Assembly: GCA_002269645.1 (NCBI GenBank)
Contig: NIVC01000759.1
Coordinates: 372,001-436,000, forward strand
Reading direction: 5' to 3'
DNA length: 64,000 nucleotides
Source: Macrostomum lignano
Lineage: Eukaryota
Of the stretch, positions 27,949 to 62,031 are shown one piece after another. A program made the translations under genes and the position numbers. Under the pieces are notes generated by a model. It saw nothing but the letters and a program-made list of their open reading frames with translations, made no database searches and was not told where the DNA came from. Positions within the stretch are counted from its first letter, which is position 1. Each line of letters begins with the position of its first letter.

Positions 27949-28321
27949 GTGAGACAGGGCTGGGTGAGTCAGTGGCGAAGGAGAGAGTGGGTGAGTCCAC
28001 AATTAACGTGTTGGCATTTAATACTTTAGTGCCCCAAAGCAAAACACGAGTACGCGATGTATTATAGGATAAAAGAAGAAAGAAAGAACTGCGCGAAAAC
28101 ACTGCCTGCTCAGCAGCGCGGCTGGAATAAAATAACCCCCCGGCCGGCGGAGGGGTGGGCGCCCACCTAAACAACACAGAACGTACACACGCGGCGGGGG
28201 GCCGCACAGACGCAGCGCGCTTGGGCACTAAAGCCGGTTTGCTCAAGGCAAGCCTAGCGCAAACCGCAGCCGCGGCGGAAAGGTGGATGCAGAGGAAGGT
28301 TGGCGACCGTAGCAACCATTT

Positions 28322-29271
<950 letters not shown>

Positions 29272-31106
29272 TTTCATGTACCCGAAGAATGGCCTACTCC
29301 TGGAGTGCCTCCTGGGAGACCCATTGTCTCGGACTGCAGCTCGGAAAGCTACATGTGCGCCAAATTTATCGATCTCTTCCTACAGCCGATCGCTAAGGAA
29401 CAAGACTCCTTCATCCGAGACACGGACCACTTTCAAGCGGCTATCAATGATTTGATTTTTGAAAAAGACAAAAATGTCTTTCTGGTTACAATGGATTTTG
29501 AATCCCTGTACACCAATATTCCCACTGATAAGGGATGGACGCCATTAGAGATGCCTTTCAAAAATTTCCCCAAACCTCAAGGCCAGATAACCATCTTCTT
29601 GCGCTCCTGGACATAAAATTGAACAAAAATGATTTTGTTTTCAACGACACGCGGTACCTTCAAGTCAAAGGCACAAGCATGGGAAAGGCCTTTGCGCCAT
29701 CCTACGCCAACATATTTATGTCTGCCTGGGAATCCAAAGCTTTAGAAGCTGCTCCGTTTACCCCTCGTTTCTTCAAGCGCTACATTGACGACATTTTTAT
29801 GGTCTTCGTCGGCACTGAAGACGAACTAAAGGAGATGCACAGGCATCTGAGTGAGTTCGATTGCAACATCCGACTCACGATGCAGTACAGCAGAGAGAAG
29901 GTTCACTTCCTGGACTGCTGTGTCAGTCTGACTGACGAAGGCAACAACAAGAGACTTTCGTGTTCAATCTACTTCAAACCCACCGATTCACGCCAGCTTT
30001 CAAATCCGGGGTCATTTCACCCAAAGCACACTTTCAAAGGTATACTGAAATCTCAGTTCCTCCGTTACGCTCGCCGTTGCACATTTAAAGAAGACTTCGA
30101 TGAGGCCAGCAGCAGCTTAACAAGCATCCTGAAGAAACAAGGATATTCTGTCCGCTTAATCAGGGATGCTAAAAAATCTGCCCTCATCCAGCTGGGCTTC
30201 TACATTGATGGTCGGTGGGAGTTCGGCTTCCAGGATTGTGGCAATCTGCCGTCCTTGCAGAGAGCACGGGCATTTTGGTCAAGTTTGTTTAGGGTCCAGC
30301 GCAACAAATATGATTTACAAAATTTGTCAAAAAGTCCGCTGTGACTCTAGTAATGTGGTGTATGCCATTCTGTGCAAGACTTGCAATGACCGCTGTATCT
30401 ACGTAGGTGAGACTGCAGGCGCTCTTAAAGTCAGACTTCAGGCTCACCTGAGCGACATCAGACTGGCTAAGGACACCCCAATCTCCAGGCACTTTCGGTC
30501 ACCAAACGACTGTATTTAGGACCTCCGCTTTATGGGTCTGTGGTACCTCAGTACTGAGTGCCTGGCCACTAAAGAGGGCGCTCAACGCAGGCGGAGGAAT
30601 ATGGAGCAGAAGCTCATCGCTTTACTACAGACCCAGACTCCAGCAGGCTTAAACACCGTCATCACTGAAAAAGACGCCTGCATCCCAATAGTGATCCCCA
30701 CGGACCACTCTGGGCGAATTGTTCATCAAATTGGCACGGCCATTTCGAACCACGCTGCAGAGCTGGATACGGTGGCTGCCTATACTCGCTCACGCTCATT
30801 AAAGGACATTCTATGTCCATCCAATCTGCCCGCCGTAACTAATGGTCAGGCCCGAAACTCAAACCTCTTTTCAGATGAGCACTAGATGTACAGATGTACA
30901 CACGCGTTGCAACGTGCCCGCCCAACCATATTGATCATTTTATTTTACTCGCGTCTTTCTATACTCACTATAAATACTCAACTCTGTTTTTTATTTACAA
31001 TATACCCTGACAAAGACCCTGTTTAGGTCGAAAGTTCGGTTTTTTCTCAAAATTTAATTAAAGAAATTGACTTTGCTTTAACTGTGTGCGAGGTTTTATT
31101 TCGCAT
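29272..31106 (+). mobile_element. Penelope-like element C, 5'-truncated and frameshifted
   Basis: HVPEEWPTPGVPPGRPIVSD, DFESLYTNIP, QVKGTSMG, RYIDDIF, NVVYAILC..YVGET and AAYTRSRSLKDIL across ORFs 28300..29616, 29535..30344, 30166..30519 and 30532..30885; followed by TATCTATCT at 31107-31115. Confidence 0.9.
31004..31040 (+). ncRNA. Degenerate hammerhead ribozyme motif (Penelope C)
   Basis: ACC-CUGACAA-A-GACC(CUGUUUA)GGUC-GAAA-GUUC-GGU; the core has G8>A relative to CUGANGA. Confidence 0.55.
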
Positions 31107-31645
31107 TATCTATCTAGGTGAGTCGTTTAAAATTGAGTAAAACTTGTTTATTTAAAGATCATGCTGACGATTTTTATTTAACTTTAATTTCTTAGGATTT
31201 TTCTGCACGAACTGAAATTGCTTATTTCAAAATCTTGCAACTTACTTTCAGTAGCATGGCAAGCAAAATTATCGTGACAGTTAATAGTAAATATGCTCGT
31301 AGAAGCATCGTTTTTCTATCTTAGTTTTCTCAACCTACTTGCTCACACTGGAAGCGTGTGCACAGGCCAGAAACTGTACACTCTCGCTTGGAGCATGACT
31401 CAGTCAATTTGGGTGTAAAAAAACGAACTCAGGGCTCTGGGGAGGGGGTGAAGGCTTAAACAGTCGAGTTTCGGTTTCTAATTTTACAATTCTAGGAGTG
31501 CAAAAGAAGACCGGCAATGAGGGCTCATCGTTTTTAGTTTTTATTAACAAAAACAATTTTATTTTGGTAAAAAGTATAATGGCTTTAAACTGGCTGGATG
31601 CATAAAATTATTGATAGCTTGCTAGATGCTAGAGGAGAGAGTGAG

Positions 31646-32498
31646 CAGAGGCGCCTCCATGAATTTTATGGTCAGGGGGGCAAAGCCAAGAATTCTGCAT
31701 AACAAAAGTCCAACATTATTTTAGAAATCGATGTGGTTAGCACTCATTTTGGAGTCGCAGACGCTTATTTTGGCGCCACAGACAGGCACTCAGTTTGGCA
31801 CCACAGACAGGCACTCATTTTAGCGCCACAGACAGGCACTCCTTTTAGCGCCACAGACAAGCACTCATTTTAGCACCACAGACAGGCACTCATTTTGGCG
31901 CCACAGACAGGCACTCATTTTGGCGCCACAGACAGGCACTCCTTTTAGCGCCACAGACAAGCACTCATTTTAGCACCACAGACAGGCACTCATTTTGGCG
32001 CCACAGACAGGCACTCATTTTGGCGCCACAGACAAGCACTCATTTTGGCGCCACAGACAAGCACTCATTTTAGCGCCACAGACAGGCACTCCTTTTAGCG
32101 CCACAGACAGGCACTCCTTTTGGCACCACAGACAGGCACTCAGTTTGGCGCCACAGACAGGCACTCATTTTAGCGCCACAGACAGGCACTCATTTTAGCG
32201 CCACAGACAGGCACTCATTTTAGCGCCACAGACAGGCACTCATTTTGGCGCCACAGACAGGCACTCATTTTGGCGCCACAGACAGGCACTCATTTTGGCG
32301 CCACAGACAGGCACTCATTTTGGCGCCACAGACAGGCACTCATTTTGGCGCCACAGACAGGCACTCATTTTGGCGCCACAGACAGGCACTCATTTTGGCG
32401 CCCTGAAGCAAAATTATTAATTTCCATAACGGGTCACAAGGTGGGACGGGGAGGACTAAGAATCGACATGTTCCCCCATAGCTTTTACGACGCCCCTG
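31646..32498. mobile_element. Possible non-autonomous DNA transposon (MITE-like) carrying an internal minisatellite
   Basis: Imperfect termini CAGAGGCGCC...GACGCCCCTG with subterminal G-run and C-run; no clean TSD. Confidence 0.35.
31745..32402. repeat. 25-bp minisatellite CATTTTGGCGCCACAGACAGGCACT
   Basis: Directly visible; no unique spacers. Confidence 0.95.
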
Positions 32499-32548
32499 GA
32501 TGAGGATGATAGCGAGTGTAAAGTGTGCTCAATTTTGGCCGGATGAGG

Positions 32549-35117
32549 TCAGGGTTTCCGCATGAACTCGTGGCTGAGCAGCTCCTCGGTGTCCGCACGC
32601 CGGCTCGGCTCCTTCTCAATACAGCGCTGGTAGAAGTCGCGCAGGCTGTCGGAGGTCTTCGCCGGCAGCTGCGGCATGTCGTGCTGGCGGACCCGGTGCC
32701 CGATCATGTGCCAGGGGAACTCGCCATTGGGAAACTTCCCCGTCAGCAGCTCATAGACGGTGCAGCCGAACGCCCAGACGTCAGTCTTTGGCGAGTACAT
32801 CAGCTTGCCCGTATCCGTGAACAGCTCGCAAGCCATGAAGAAGACGGTGCCGCACAGGTGAGGTGTGCTGTCGGTAATTGTGTTTGTAATCTCCTTGACG
32901 AGGCCGAAGTCGATCAGCTTGATTCTGCCCTTGTGCGTCAGCATGATGTTCGAGCCTTTGATATCCCTGTGCAGGATGGTCGGCTTCCGGGTGTGCAGGA
33001 AGTTGAGCGCAGTGCAGATCTGTGCAGGTGTTACATATAGGTTTCAGGTGTTATATATAGGTTTCAGGTGTTATATACAGGTTTCAGGTGTTATATACAG
33101 GTTTCAGGTGTTAAGTATAGGTTACAGGTGTTAGATATAGTTTGCAGAGTGTTGGATATAGGTTTCAGAGTGTTAGATATAGGTTTCAGGTGTTAGATAC
33201 AGGTTTCAGAGTGTTAGATACAGGTTTCCGAGTGTTAGATATTGGTTGCAGGTGTTAGATATAGGTTTCAGGTGTTAGATATAGGTTTCAGGTGTTAGAT
33301 ATAGGTTTCAGGTGTTAGATATAGGTTTCAGGTGTTAAGTATAGGTTACAGGTGTTAGACATAGTTTGCAGAGTGTTGGATATCGGTTTCAGGTGTCAGA
33401 TAAAGGTTTCAGAGTGTTAGATATCGGTTGCAGGTGTTAGATACATGTATAGGTTGCAGGTGTTAGACAGATATTAGATATATGTAGCAGGTGTTAGATA
33501 TACATGTACATTAGGTTTCAGGTGTTAGATATAGGTTTCAGGTGTTAGATATAGGTTTCAGGTGTTAGATATAGGTTTCAGGTGTTAGATATAGGTTTCA
33601 GGTGTTAGATATAGGCTGCAGGTGTTAGATATAGGTTTCAGGTGTTAGATATAGGTTTCAGGTGTTAGATATAGGTTTCAGGTGTTAGATATAGGCTGCA
33701 GGTGTTAGATATAGGTTTCAGGTGTTAGATATAGGCTGCAGGTGTTAGGTCTGGGATCTTACCTGTTGGGAGAAGTCCCTCACTGCTTTCTCAGCGAAGG
33801 GCTTCTGCTGCTGCTGCATCAGTCCGGAGAGGCTGTTGCCGGAAATGAGCTCCGTGAAGATGCACAGCTTGCCTTGCTTGGTGCGCTCATACTTGAGGAA
33901 CTTCAGAATGTTCGGGTGCTCGAGCTTCCTCAGCACGGCGATCTCGGCGCACTCCTTCTCGACAGCCTTGTTTAACTTTTTGGAGGTCATAGCGCCTGCC
34001 AGCTTGATAATCTTGACAGCCACAGTCTGGTTCTTGTCAGTCAGCGCCTTGTACACCTTGCCGAAGCCGCCCGATCCGATCTGCTGCTTGCATCCGTCAT
34101 CGTCGCGAACAAATTGCCAGCTGGAGAAGTTCGAGTCCAGGGTCAGCCGAGTTAAAAGGCTGTAAAAAATTGTCAATCGCCTGTTTTGAGAACACTGACT
34201 ATGAAAAAAAATCGATTGAATTTGCAAAATATGGTCTTGATAAAAATTGTTATTAAAAATGAGTTTCACTGTACGTACCAGTTCTCCACTGACTGCCGCT
34301 TGTTCTGCGACTCCTGTGGCTGTTCGTTCTGCTCCTGCTCCTGGGTCTTCTGCTCCTGCTCCTGGGTCTTCTGCTCCTGCTCCTGGGTCTTCTGCTCCTG
34401 CTCCTGGATCTCCTGCTCCTGGATCTTCTGCTCCTGGTCCTTCTCTTCCCCATTAGGCCGCCCTCCCAGCTCGGCGACAAACTTCAGCAGCCGAGATCCG
34501 TGCTGAACGTTCTGCTCCATGTAGTCGGCCACCGAATTCCCGTCAGCGTCGAGAAGGTCGAACGCGGAAACGCCCAGCGAGTCCACGACGAGGCGAAACG
34601 AGTCCAGGTCTTGGTTCTGAGCAGCCAGGTGAGCAGGCGTAGCTCCATCCGAGTCTCTGTCCAGCAGGCAGGCTGGGCCGAGCTTTTCGACAAGAAACCT
34701 CAACGAGCTGCTGCTGGCTTCGTTCATGGCGGCCCAGTGAGCGGCGGTGCGCTTGAGCTGGCCGGGCTGCTTGAAGCAGTCGGGTCCGAGGGTTCGGTGA
34801 ATGAGCTCCAGCCATGACTCATCCTGGTGCATGGCGGCCAGGTGCACCGGAGTGTTTTGGTATTCGTTAACGCAGGTGAGGCAGTCGGGTCCGAACTTCT
34901 CAATGAGAGCCTCCAGACAGCAGAGTCCGCCAGGCAGCTGAGCGACGTGGTGAGCCACCGTCTGCTTGCGATTGCGCACGGTGAGCTGCAGCATCGAGTC
35001 CATGTTGCAGCAGAGGGGGAGCAGCCGGTCCGGCTCCCTGACATGGAGAGCGATGGAGACCGACAGAGCCTCCATGAGCTCTGTTTTCTTCTTTTGCATG
35101 CCGGTAGAAGCAAGCAT
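32549..35117 (-). CDS. Ankyrin-repeat Ser/Thr protein kinase (STE/MAP3K-like domain; 3 exons: 35117-34279, 34159-33763, 33019-32549; about 568 aa)
   Basis: GT-AG introns 34278-34160 (phase 2) and 33762-33020 (phase 0) keep the frame. Motifs: [39 protein letters not shown]. The N-terminal ankyrin module is homologous to that of the caspase gene. An alternative in-frame acceptor lies at about 34120. Confidence 0.85.
33025..33748. repeat. 20-bp minisatellite GGTGTTAGATATAGGTTTCA filling kinase intron 2
   Basis: Directly visible; runs to within a few bases of both splice sites. Confidence 0.95.
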
Positions 35118-35178
35118 TTTGGAGCAGGTAAGGCGAGTAGCAGAGTAGAGCTGTGCTCAGTTGAGCGAGTGTACGAAG

Positions 35179-35186
35179 TATTTATA
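35179..35186 (-). promoter_or_regulatory. Candidate TATA box (TATAAATA) of the ankyrin-kinase gene
   Basis: About 60 bp upstream of ATG 35117. Confidence 0.45.
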
Positions 35187-35439
35187 CCCGACAGTGCGCT
35201 CTCAACTCTCAAGTCGGCCTGCAGCCAGCTGTCTACTAGCAGTAGGCAGTCTGCATTTTTGGCTCCTGCCTAAATACTTGAAGTAAGAGACCCGAGGCTG
35301 CTGATTTAAGCAAAATATACAATACCTTCACAGCAGTGCTAGCAAAATTGTCTCCATGGCAACTGTCTCTATGATGTATTTCAATATCCATGGTGCACTG
35401 TGTTCATAGTGAACTGTCTCCAGTCTCCTGTACAGACCA

Positions 35440-36265
35440 TATCTCCCAATCCGCCCCACCACCGAATCTGCCCCACCACCGAATCCGCCCCTCCACCCAA
35501 TCTGCCCCTCCACCCAATCTGCCCCTCCACCCAATCTGCCCCTCCACCCAATCCGCCCCACCACCCAATCTGCCCCTCCACCCAATCTGCCCCTCCACCC
35601 AATCTGCCCCTCCACCCAATCCGCCCCACCACCCAATCTGCCCCACCACCCAATCCGCCCCTCCACCCAATCCGCCCCTCCACCCAATCCGCCCCACCTA
35701 CCAATCCGCCCCTCCACCCAATCCGCCCCACCACCCAATCTGCCCCTCCACCCAATCCGCCCCACCTACCAATCCGCCCCTCCACCCAATCCGCCCCTCC
35801 ACCCAATCTGCCCCACCACCCAATCTGCCCCACCACCCAATCTGCCCCTCCACCCAATCCGCCCCTCCACCCAATCCGCCCCACCTACCAATCCGCCCCA
35901 CCACCCAATCCGCCCCTCCACCCAATCCGCCCCTCCACCCAATCCGCCCCTCCACCCAATCCGCCCCACCACCCAATCCGCCCCACCACCCAATCCGCCC
36001 CACCACCCAATCCGCCCCTCCACCCAATCCGCCCCACCACCCAATCCGCCCCACCACCCAATCCGCCCCACCACCCAATCCGCCCGTCCACCCAATTTGC
36101 CCCACCACCCAATCCGCCCCACCACCCAATCCGCCCCTCCACCCAATCCGCTCCACCACTCAATCTGCCCCACCATCCACCAACAAATCCTCCTCTTCAC
36201 CCAATCCGCCGCTCCACTCAATCCGCCCCTCCACCCAATCCGCCTCACCCAATCCGCCCCTGCAC
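35440..36265. repeat. 18-bp C-rich minisatellite (CCAATCCGCCCC(T/A)CCACC); G-quadruplex-prone on the minus strand
   Basis: Directly visible. Confidence 0.95.
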
Positions 36266-36624
36266 AACTCAAATCCTATAGAATCAAAGCCATAGCATTT
36301 GTTGGGATAATTATCCCCATATACGAGTAAATCACCCGTATATTCAGAAGCAGAGTTGCGGAAGGATTTGCAGAACTTCTCGGGAGTTTTTCTCATCAAA
36401 GACTCAATAAAATTCGACTAAGGTGTTCGCTCCCGGACTGGGAAGGGGTTGAAAAAATTGCAAATAATTTTATAACAGCGAATGCAAAAGCAGCAACGGA
36501 AGGCAGACGCAATTTCTAAGAGTGAAATCAGATGCAACCGAATAATGTGGCGGGACAGAAATAGGATTTGGGATTTTGGGAAAATTCGGACAGGGGCAGG
36601 TAAACTTGACGCTGGGATTTTTCT

Positions 36625-36812
36625 GGTGTGGGAATCGGTGTGGGAATCGGTGTGGGAATCGGTGTGAGAATCGGTGTGGGAATCGGTGTGGGAATCGGTG
36701 TGGGAATCGGTGTGGGAATCGGTGTCGGAATCGGTGTGGGAATGGATGTGGGAATCGGTGTGGGAATCGGTGTGGGAATCGGTGTGGGAATCGGTGTGGG
36801 AATCGGTGTGTA
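36625..36812. repeat. 12-bp minisatellite GTGTGGGAATCG
   Basis: Directly visible, just downstream of the laminin stop. Confidence 0.95.
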
Positions 36813-36858
36813 ACAGGGTGGGACATGAAGTCGAGCAGCCGATAAAAAGTCAGTCTGG

Positions 36859-57715
<20,857 letters not shown>

Positions 57716-58089
57716 TTAGGAATGAAATGAAAGCAGTGCTAAAATGTGTTCAAAAGGCTATCATTTGATAAATATACTAAAAGGTTATTTCGTTAAAACT
57801 GCTAGTAGGAAGAAAGCTATGAGTTTTTAAACTTGCTGAAATCTTCTGGAACTTCTTCGTCGCTTTGTATTGGCGCAAAAACCGAGAGTTCATAACAAAA
57901 TTGTTGTTCGTTAAATCAAAATAATTACGTGTAACAAAGCAATATATCAAATATTTGCTTTTTGCACTGACTGACGAGAAATGCATAATATTTAGTTTTT
58001 ATTCAACAAGTTATTTAATCAACTTAGTTTTACCCTCAGCTCAAAGCATGATTTGAACAGGTAACCGATATCTTCATTAAATTTTATTG

Positions 58090-58875
58090 TAGCTTTTTGC
58101 AGCCCATTTGGGCCTACGCGCATTGAATTTAATCCAAGATACGTTCGCCAATGTAACGGAGCTTTTGTCTATGGTAGCAAGGCTGGCACAGCAGCATTTA
58201 ATTTGGTCCAACAAGCATCAAATTTGGTTCAAACGCTCGTGAGCCTTTCGGCAAACTCCTGCCTTCTCGCAACCGTCTGCGGGTTGTTGCGTACCGCTGG
58301 AATGTCAGCGTCTCTACCGACAATTTTCTGTCGCTTTTCAAGAGTTCTGCTGATATTCAAAATCTGATAACCAACTGGAACTGTTCCTTAAACTTCTGCT
58401 GCATTTTCTGCACCGTCAACCGTCAACGAAGGGTTCGTCTCAATTGCATCGAGTACTCGTAGCAGTTGGACCTGAGGCTCTCGAGCAACTTGCCTTGGCG
58501 ATTGCCACCCTTTCGCAGGCGATCTCTGCCGGCAGATTTTCAACGCACTGATGGATGCTGAAAACAATATTTTCTTTTACATTCAGCAGCCTTTAGGTGT
58601 TCACCTCTGTCAAGCGCTTCAATCACCAGCCAATGCCATGGCATTCGTTCAACAACCTAGCATAGGCCTATGATCCACAATTGTGCCATGTGGGGCTGAT
58701 CTTGCTCCTCCGCAGCAGTTGCAAATGAAGCTATAGAGCAAATTGAATGCTTGTTGGACCAAATTAAATGCCGCTGTGCCAGCCTTGCTACCATAGACAA
58801 AAGCTACATTACATTGGCAACCATATCTTGGATTAAATTCAATGTGCATAGGCCCAAATGGGCTGCAAAAAGCTA
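58090..58875. mobile_element. Non-autonomous TIR element with 129-bp inverted repeats and a probable Tc1/IS630-type HTH remnant inside
   Basis: Arms 58090-58218 and 58747-58875 match at 121 of 129 positions. The internal minus strand has broken AIETNPSLT..QKMQQKF..SRTL..PAVRNNPQTVARRQEFAERL. Confidence 0.75.
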
Positions 58876-60838
58876 TATTATAACCATGGCAAGACAAGAC
58901 AGAATTATTAGGCCCTAAAAACTAGCCTATGTATTTTTAAAAGCTGCCTCACAACAATCATCTAGATGAAAAATTGATATAATTTTTTTATCAATTGTTA
59001 ATTTATAATTAATAAAACCTAATCTAAGATTCTAATATGCCAGATTATAAATTATAGGCCCTAATGTCTTATAATCTCACATATCTTCATTGCTTTCATT
59101 CTAACTATAGGTAGGAACTTGCTATATATCATTCATATTTCAGTTTGGATAAGAGGCATATAGTATAGTATTGCAAATTTTTCTCTACTAAAGCAATAAC
59201 TAATAATGAAGGATCCTTGAATTAAATTCTACCAGGCCTAGGCCTAATATACTAGCAGAATAGCCAAAGCTCACCTCCCTGCTGCGTCTTTGGACCACCT
59301 TGTAGCTATAGGCCTAACATACATCAGCATTAGGCTATTAGCAGCAATATATACACTTTAGTAACAGATTTTTTAATAATTCAACTTAAAAACTAGCAAT
59401 AACACTATAAATCTTTATATTTCATTCCAACATTTGTAATAAAATTTTAGTATAAAATTCAAGTTTATGTTTTTATATATTATATTATATCTTATATATT
59501 TATATTTAACAATCTAAATCAATAATCCTTTACTTTTGTTCATTGAATTATTTTTTAGATATTTATTTTTTCTGTTCAGTTTAAAAATAAATATTATAAT
59601 AGATTAAATAAGAAGATTGCTAAGTTTTAATTAATAAATTATCAACTATCAACTAGTAAAACTAATAATAAATAAGTAGTCATATAGCAAAAATTAATAA
59701 TGAGTATTCCTTTAGGTGCAGGCAGATGGCTAACTAGATAATTAAGTTATATGATTATTTAAGTTATAAGTCTACTAGCCTATATCTATTTTATACTGAC
59801 TAACTAATTGAGTTTACATGTATTACTTAATTGATAATCAAAGACTATATACTAGAAAGAAACATGTCCTAGTGTACAATAAGCATCTTACTATTTTTCA
59901 ACAGACATCAGGATATATCCCAGCATCTATTATAACACAGCAGATACATTGTATCAAATGACAATTTTTTTGTATTGGCATACAAACCTGGCCTACAAAT
60001 GTGGTCTTGTCATTTTTTCCCAGCATTAAGCCCGGCGTACATTGATACATGATCCAAACTATGGCATACTAAAGATAAATAAGTGTATAGGACCTATTCT
60101 TAATTTATTATAATTTATATTTGTAACTTATGCTTGGATATAAAAATCAATGTGACAATTAAGTTTTTATTTAAGATGGGTTTTTACATTTAGAAAATAT
60201 TATGGACAAGCATTCATTCATTCAAACATACAAACCTTAGAGATTTAGTATATTTAGAAAGGCCTAATATTAGCCAAGTTGAATATATTGATTATCTTTG
60301 ATATTTCATTTTGTTTTTATTATATAAAATATTATAAGCATTTTAATAAACATAGAATATTTAGATAAAATGCTTTTTGCCTTAGCTTAGCAATGATCCA
60401 TTGGCTATTAAACCTATTATTTATAAAGTAAACTAAACCAAAGACCTAGCAATATAGAATATTTTAGCAAATTGATAATTATAAGGTGTTAATGACAAAT
60501 GATATATAAACTATAAGATATGTATTAGAAATTTTACAATTGATAATTGGTTATTAGAAATGTTAATTTTTAAAAATTAATATCATCATCAAAACTCCTA
60601 AATTTGATAGTTTAGGTATAGGGCCTTTACTTAAGGTACTGGCTATTATTTTTGATTGGCTGCTTTTTCTCATTGGCTAGATTGGACTTGCAAGTTTACT
60701 ACTTATAGGCCTAGTCCAATAATGTTTTAAACAACTGAAATCAAATAATAATGCTATTTTTATCCTATATGCCTCTTTAGCCTCATTTTGAATTTATTGG
60801 CCACTTGCAAGTGCATCTGTATTGATGGCACTGCTAGC

Positions 60839-61569
60839 ATGAGCAACTGCAGTTCAAGAGGGGCTGCCTTGGCGCCTGAGCAGTGCTGGCATTTGAGAAG
60901 CCAGCTGCTGCCACTGCTGCTGCTGCTGCTGCTCAACTTGCCTCTGTCGCTGTGCACCTTGTCTGCCAATGAGTGCCCAGACCTGGTAACGCGGTTCAAT
61001 GGCTGTAAGTCTGTGCTGCTGATTGGGCAGACTTTTTATCTTGAACTCCCAGATCTTCAGTTGCTGGGCCAGCCTCCCAGATCCTCATTTGCTGGACCAG
61101 CCTCCCAGATCCTCAGTTGCTGGACCAGCCTCCCAGATCCTCAGTTGCTGAGCCAGCCTCCCAGATCTTCAGTTGCTGGACCAGCCTCCTAGATCCTCAG
61201 TTGCTGGGCCAGCCTCCCAGATCTTCAGTTGCTGGACCAGCCTCCCAGTTCCTCAGTTGCTGGGCCAGCCTCCCAGATCCTCAGTTGCTGGGCCAGCCTC
61301 CCAGATCCTCAGTTGCTGGGCCAGCCTCCCAAATCTAAGCATGCAACTCGGATTATCAAGTGACCCTCACCCCCTCCCCGGCAACCCGCAGCCGTGTCGT
61401 CGCGCCCTCGCTACTTTTTCGCCAGCGTCTCGGACTCGCAGCCGCTGCCCGTGTCGGTCTGCGGCCCCCCCGACGCCGCCGGCCTCTTCACCGCCCGAGT
61501 CGTTGCCGCCCTGCTCACCGACTTCTTCCGCTATCGCGACGTGCAAATTCTGAGCAGACCGCCGCTGCA
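60839..61569 (+). CDS. First two putative exons (60839-61004, 61392-61569) of a secreted or membrane protein gene divergent from laminin; rest not found
   Basis: MSNCSS...QLLPLLLLLLLNLPLSLCTLSA is signal-like. The T|gtaagt phase-1 donor matches the ccgcag|CC acceptor. Exon 2 reads VSSRPRYFFASVSDSQPLPVSVCGPPDAAGLFTARVVAALLTDFFRYRDVQILSRPPL and ends CA|gtgagt. Confidence 0.6.
61040..61335. repeat. 29-bp minisatellite (CCAGATCCTCAGTTGCTGG(G/A)CCAGCCTC)
   Basis: Directly visible; fills the putative intron 61005-61391. Confidence 0.93.
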
Positions 61570-61721
61570 GTGAGTGCCGCCTCCCCTGCTGCTCTGTTTT
61601 GGGGAATCGAGAAGGGCGGATGGTTTTGGAAAGCCCGCCATGAGTCCCCATGATTTGTGACGGGGTCTGAGTTGGTCACCATTTATGCTGTTCAACTTTT
61701 GTCTGCGAGGAACGAAACGTG

Positions 61722-61773
61722 ATAATTAATTGTCTGTCTGTCTGTCTGTCTGTGCCTGTCTGTCTTTCTGTCT

Positions 61774-61814
<41 letters not shown>

Positions 61815-61857
61815 GTCTCTGTCTTTCTGTCTTCTGTCTGTCTGTGCCTGTCTGTCT

Positions 61858-61894
<37 letters not shown>

Positions 61895-61936
61895 GTCTCT
61901 GTCTTTCTGTCTTCTGTCTGTCTGTCTGTCTGTCTG

Positions 61937-61979
<43 letters not shown>

Positions 61980-61990
61980 GTCTCTGTCTT

Positions 61991-62031
<41 letters not shown>

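Noticed and set aside
35328-36399. Gly/Trp-rich and Pro-rich ORFs
   Set aside because: They are translations of an 18-bp intergenic minisatellite, open in many frames, with no splice or start support.
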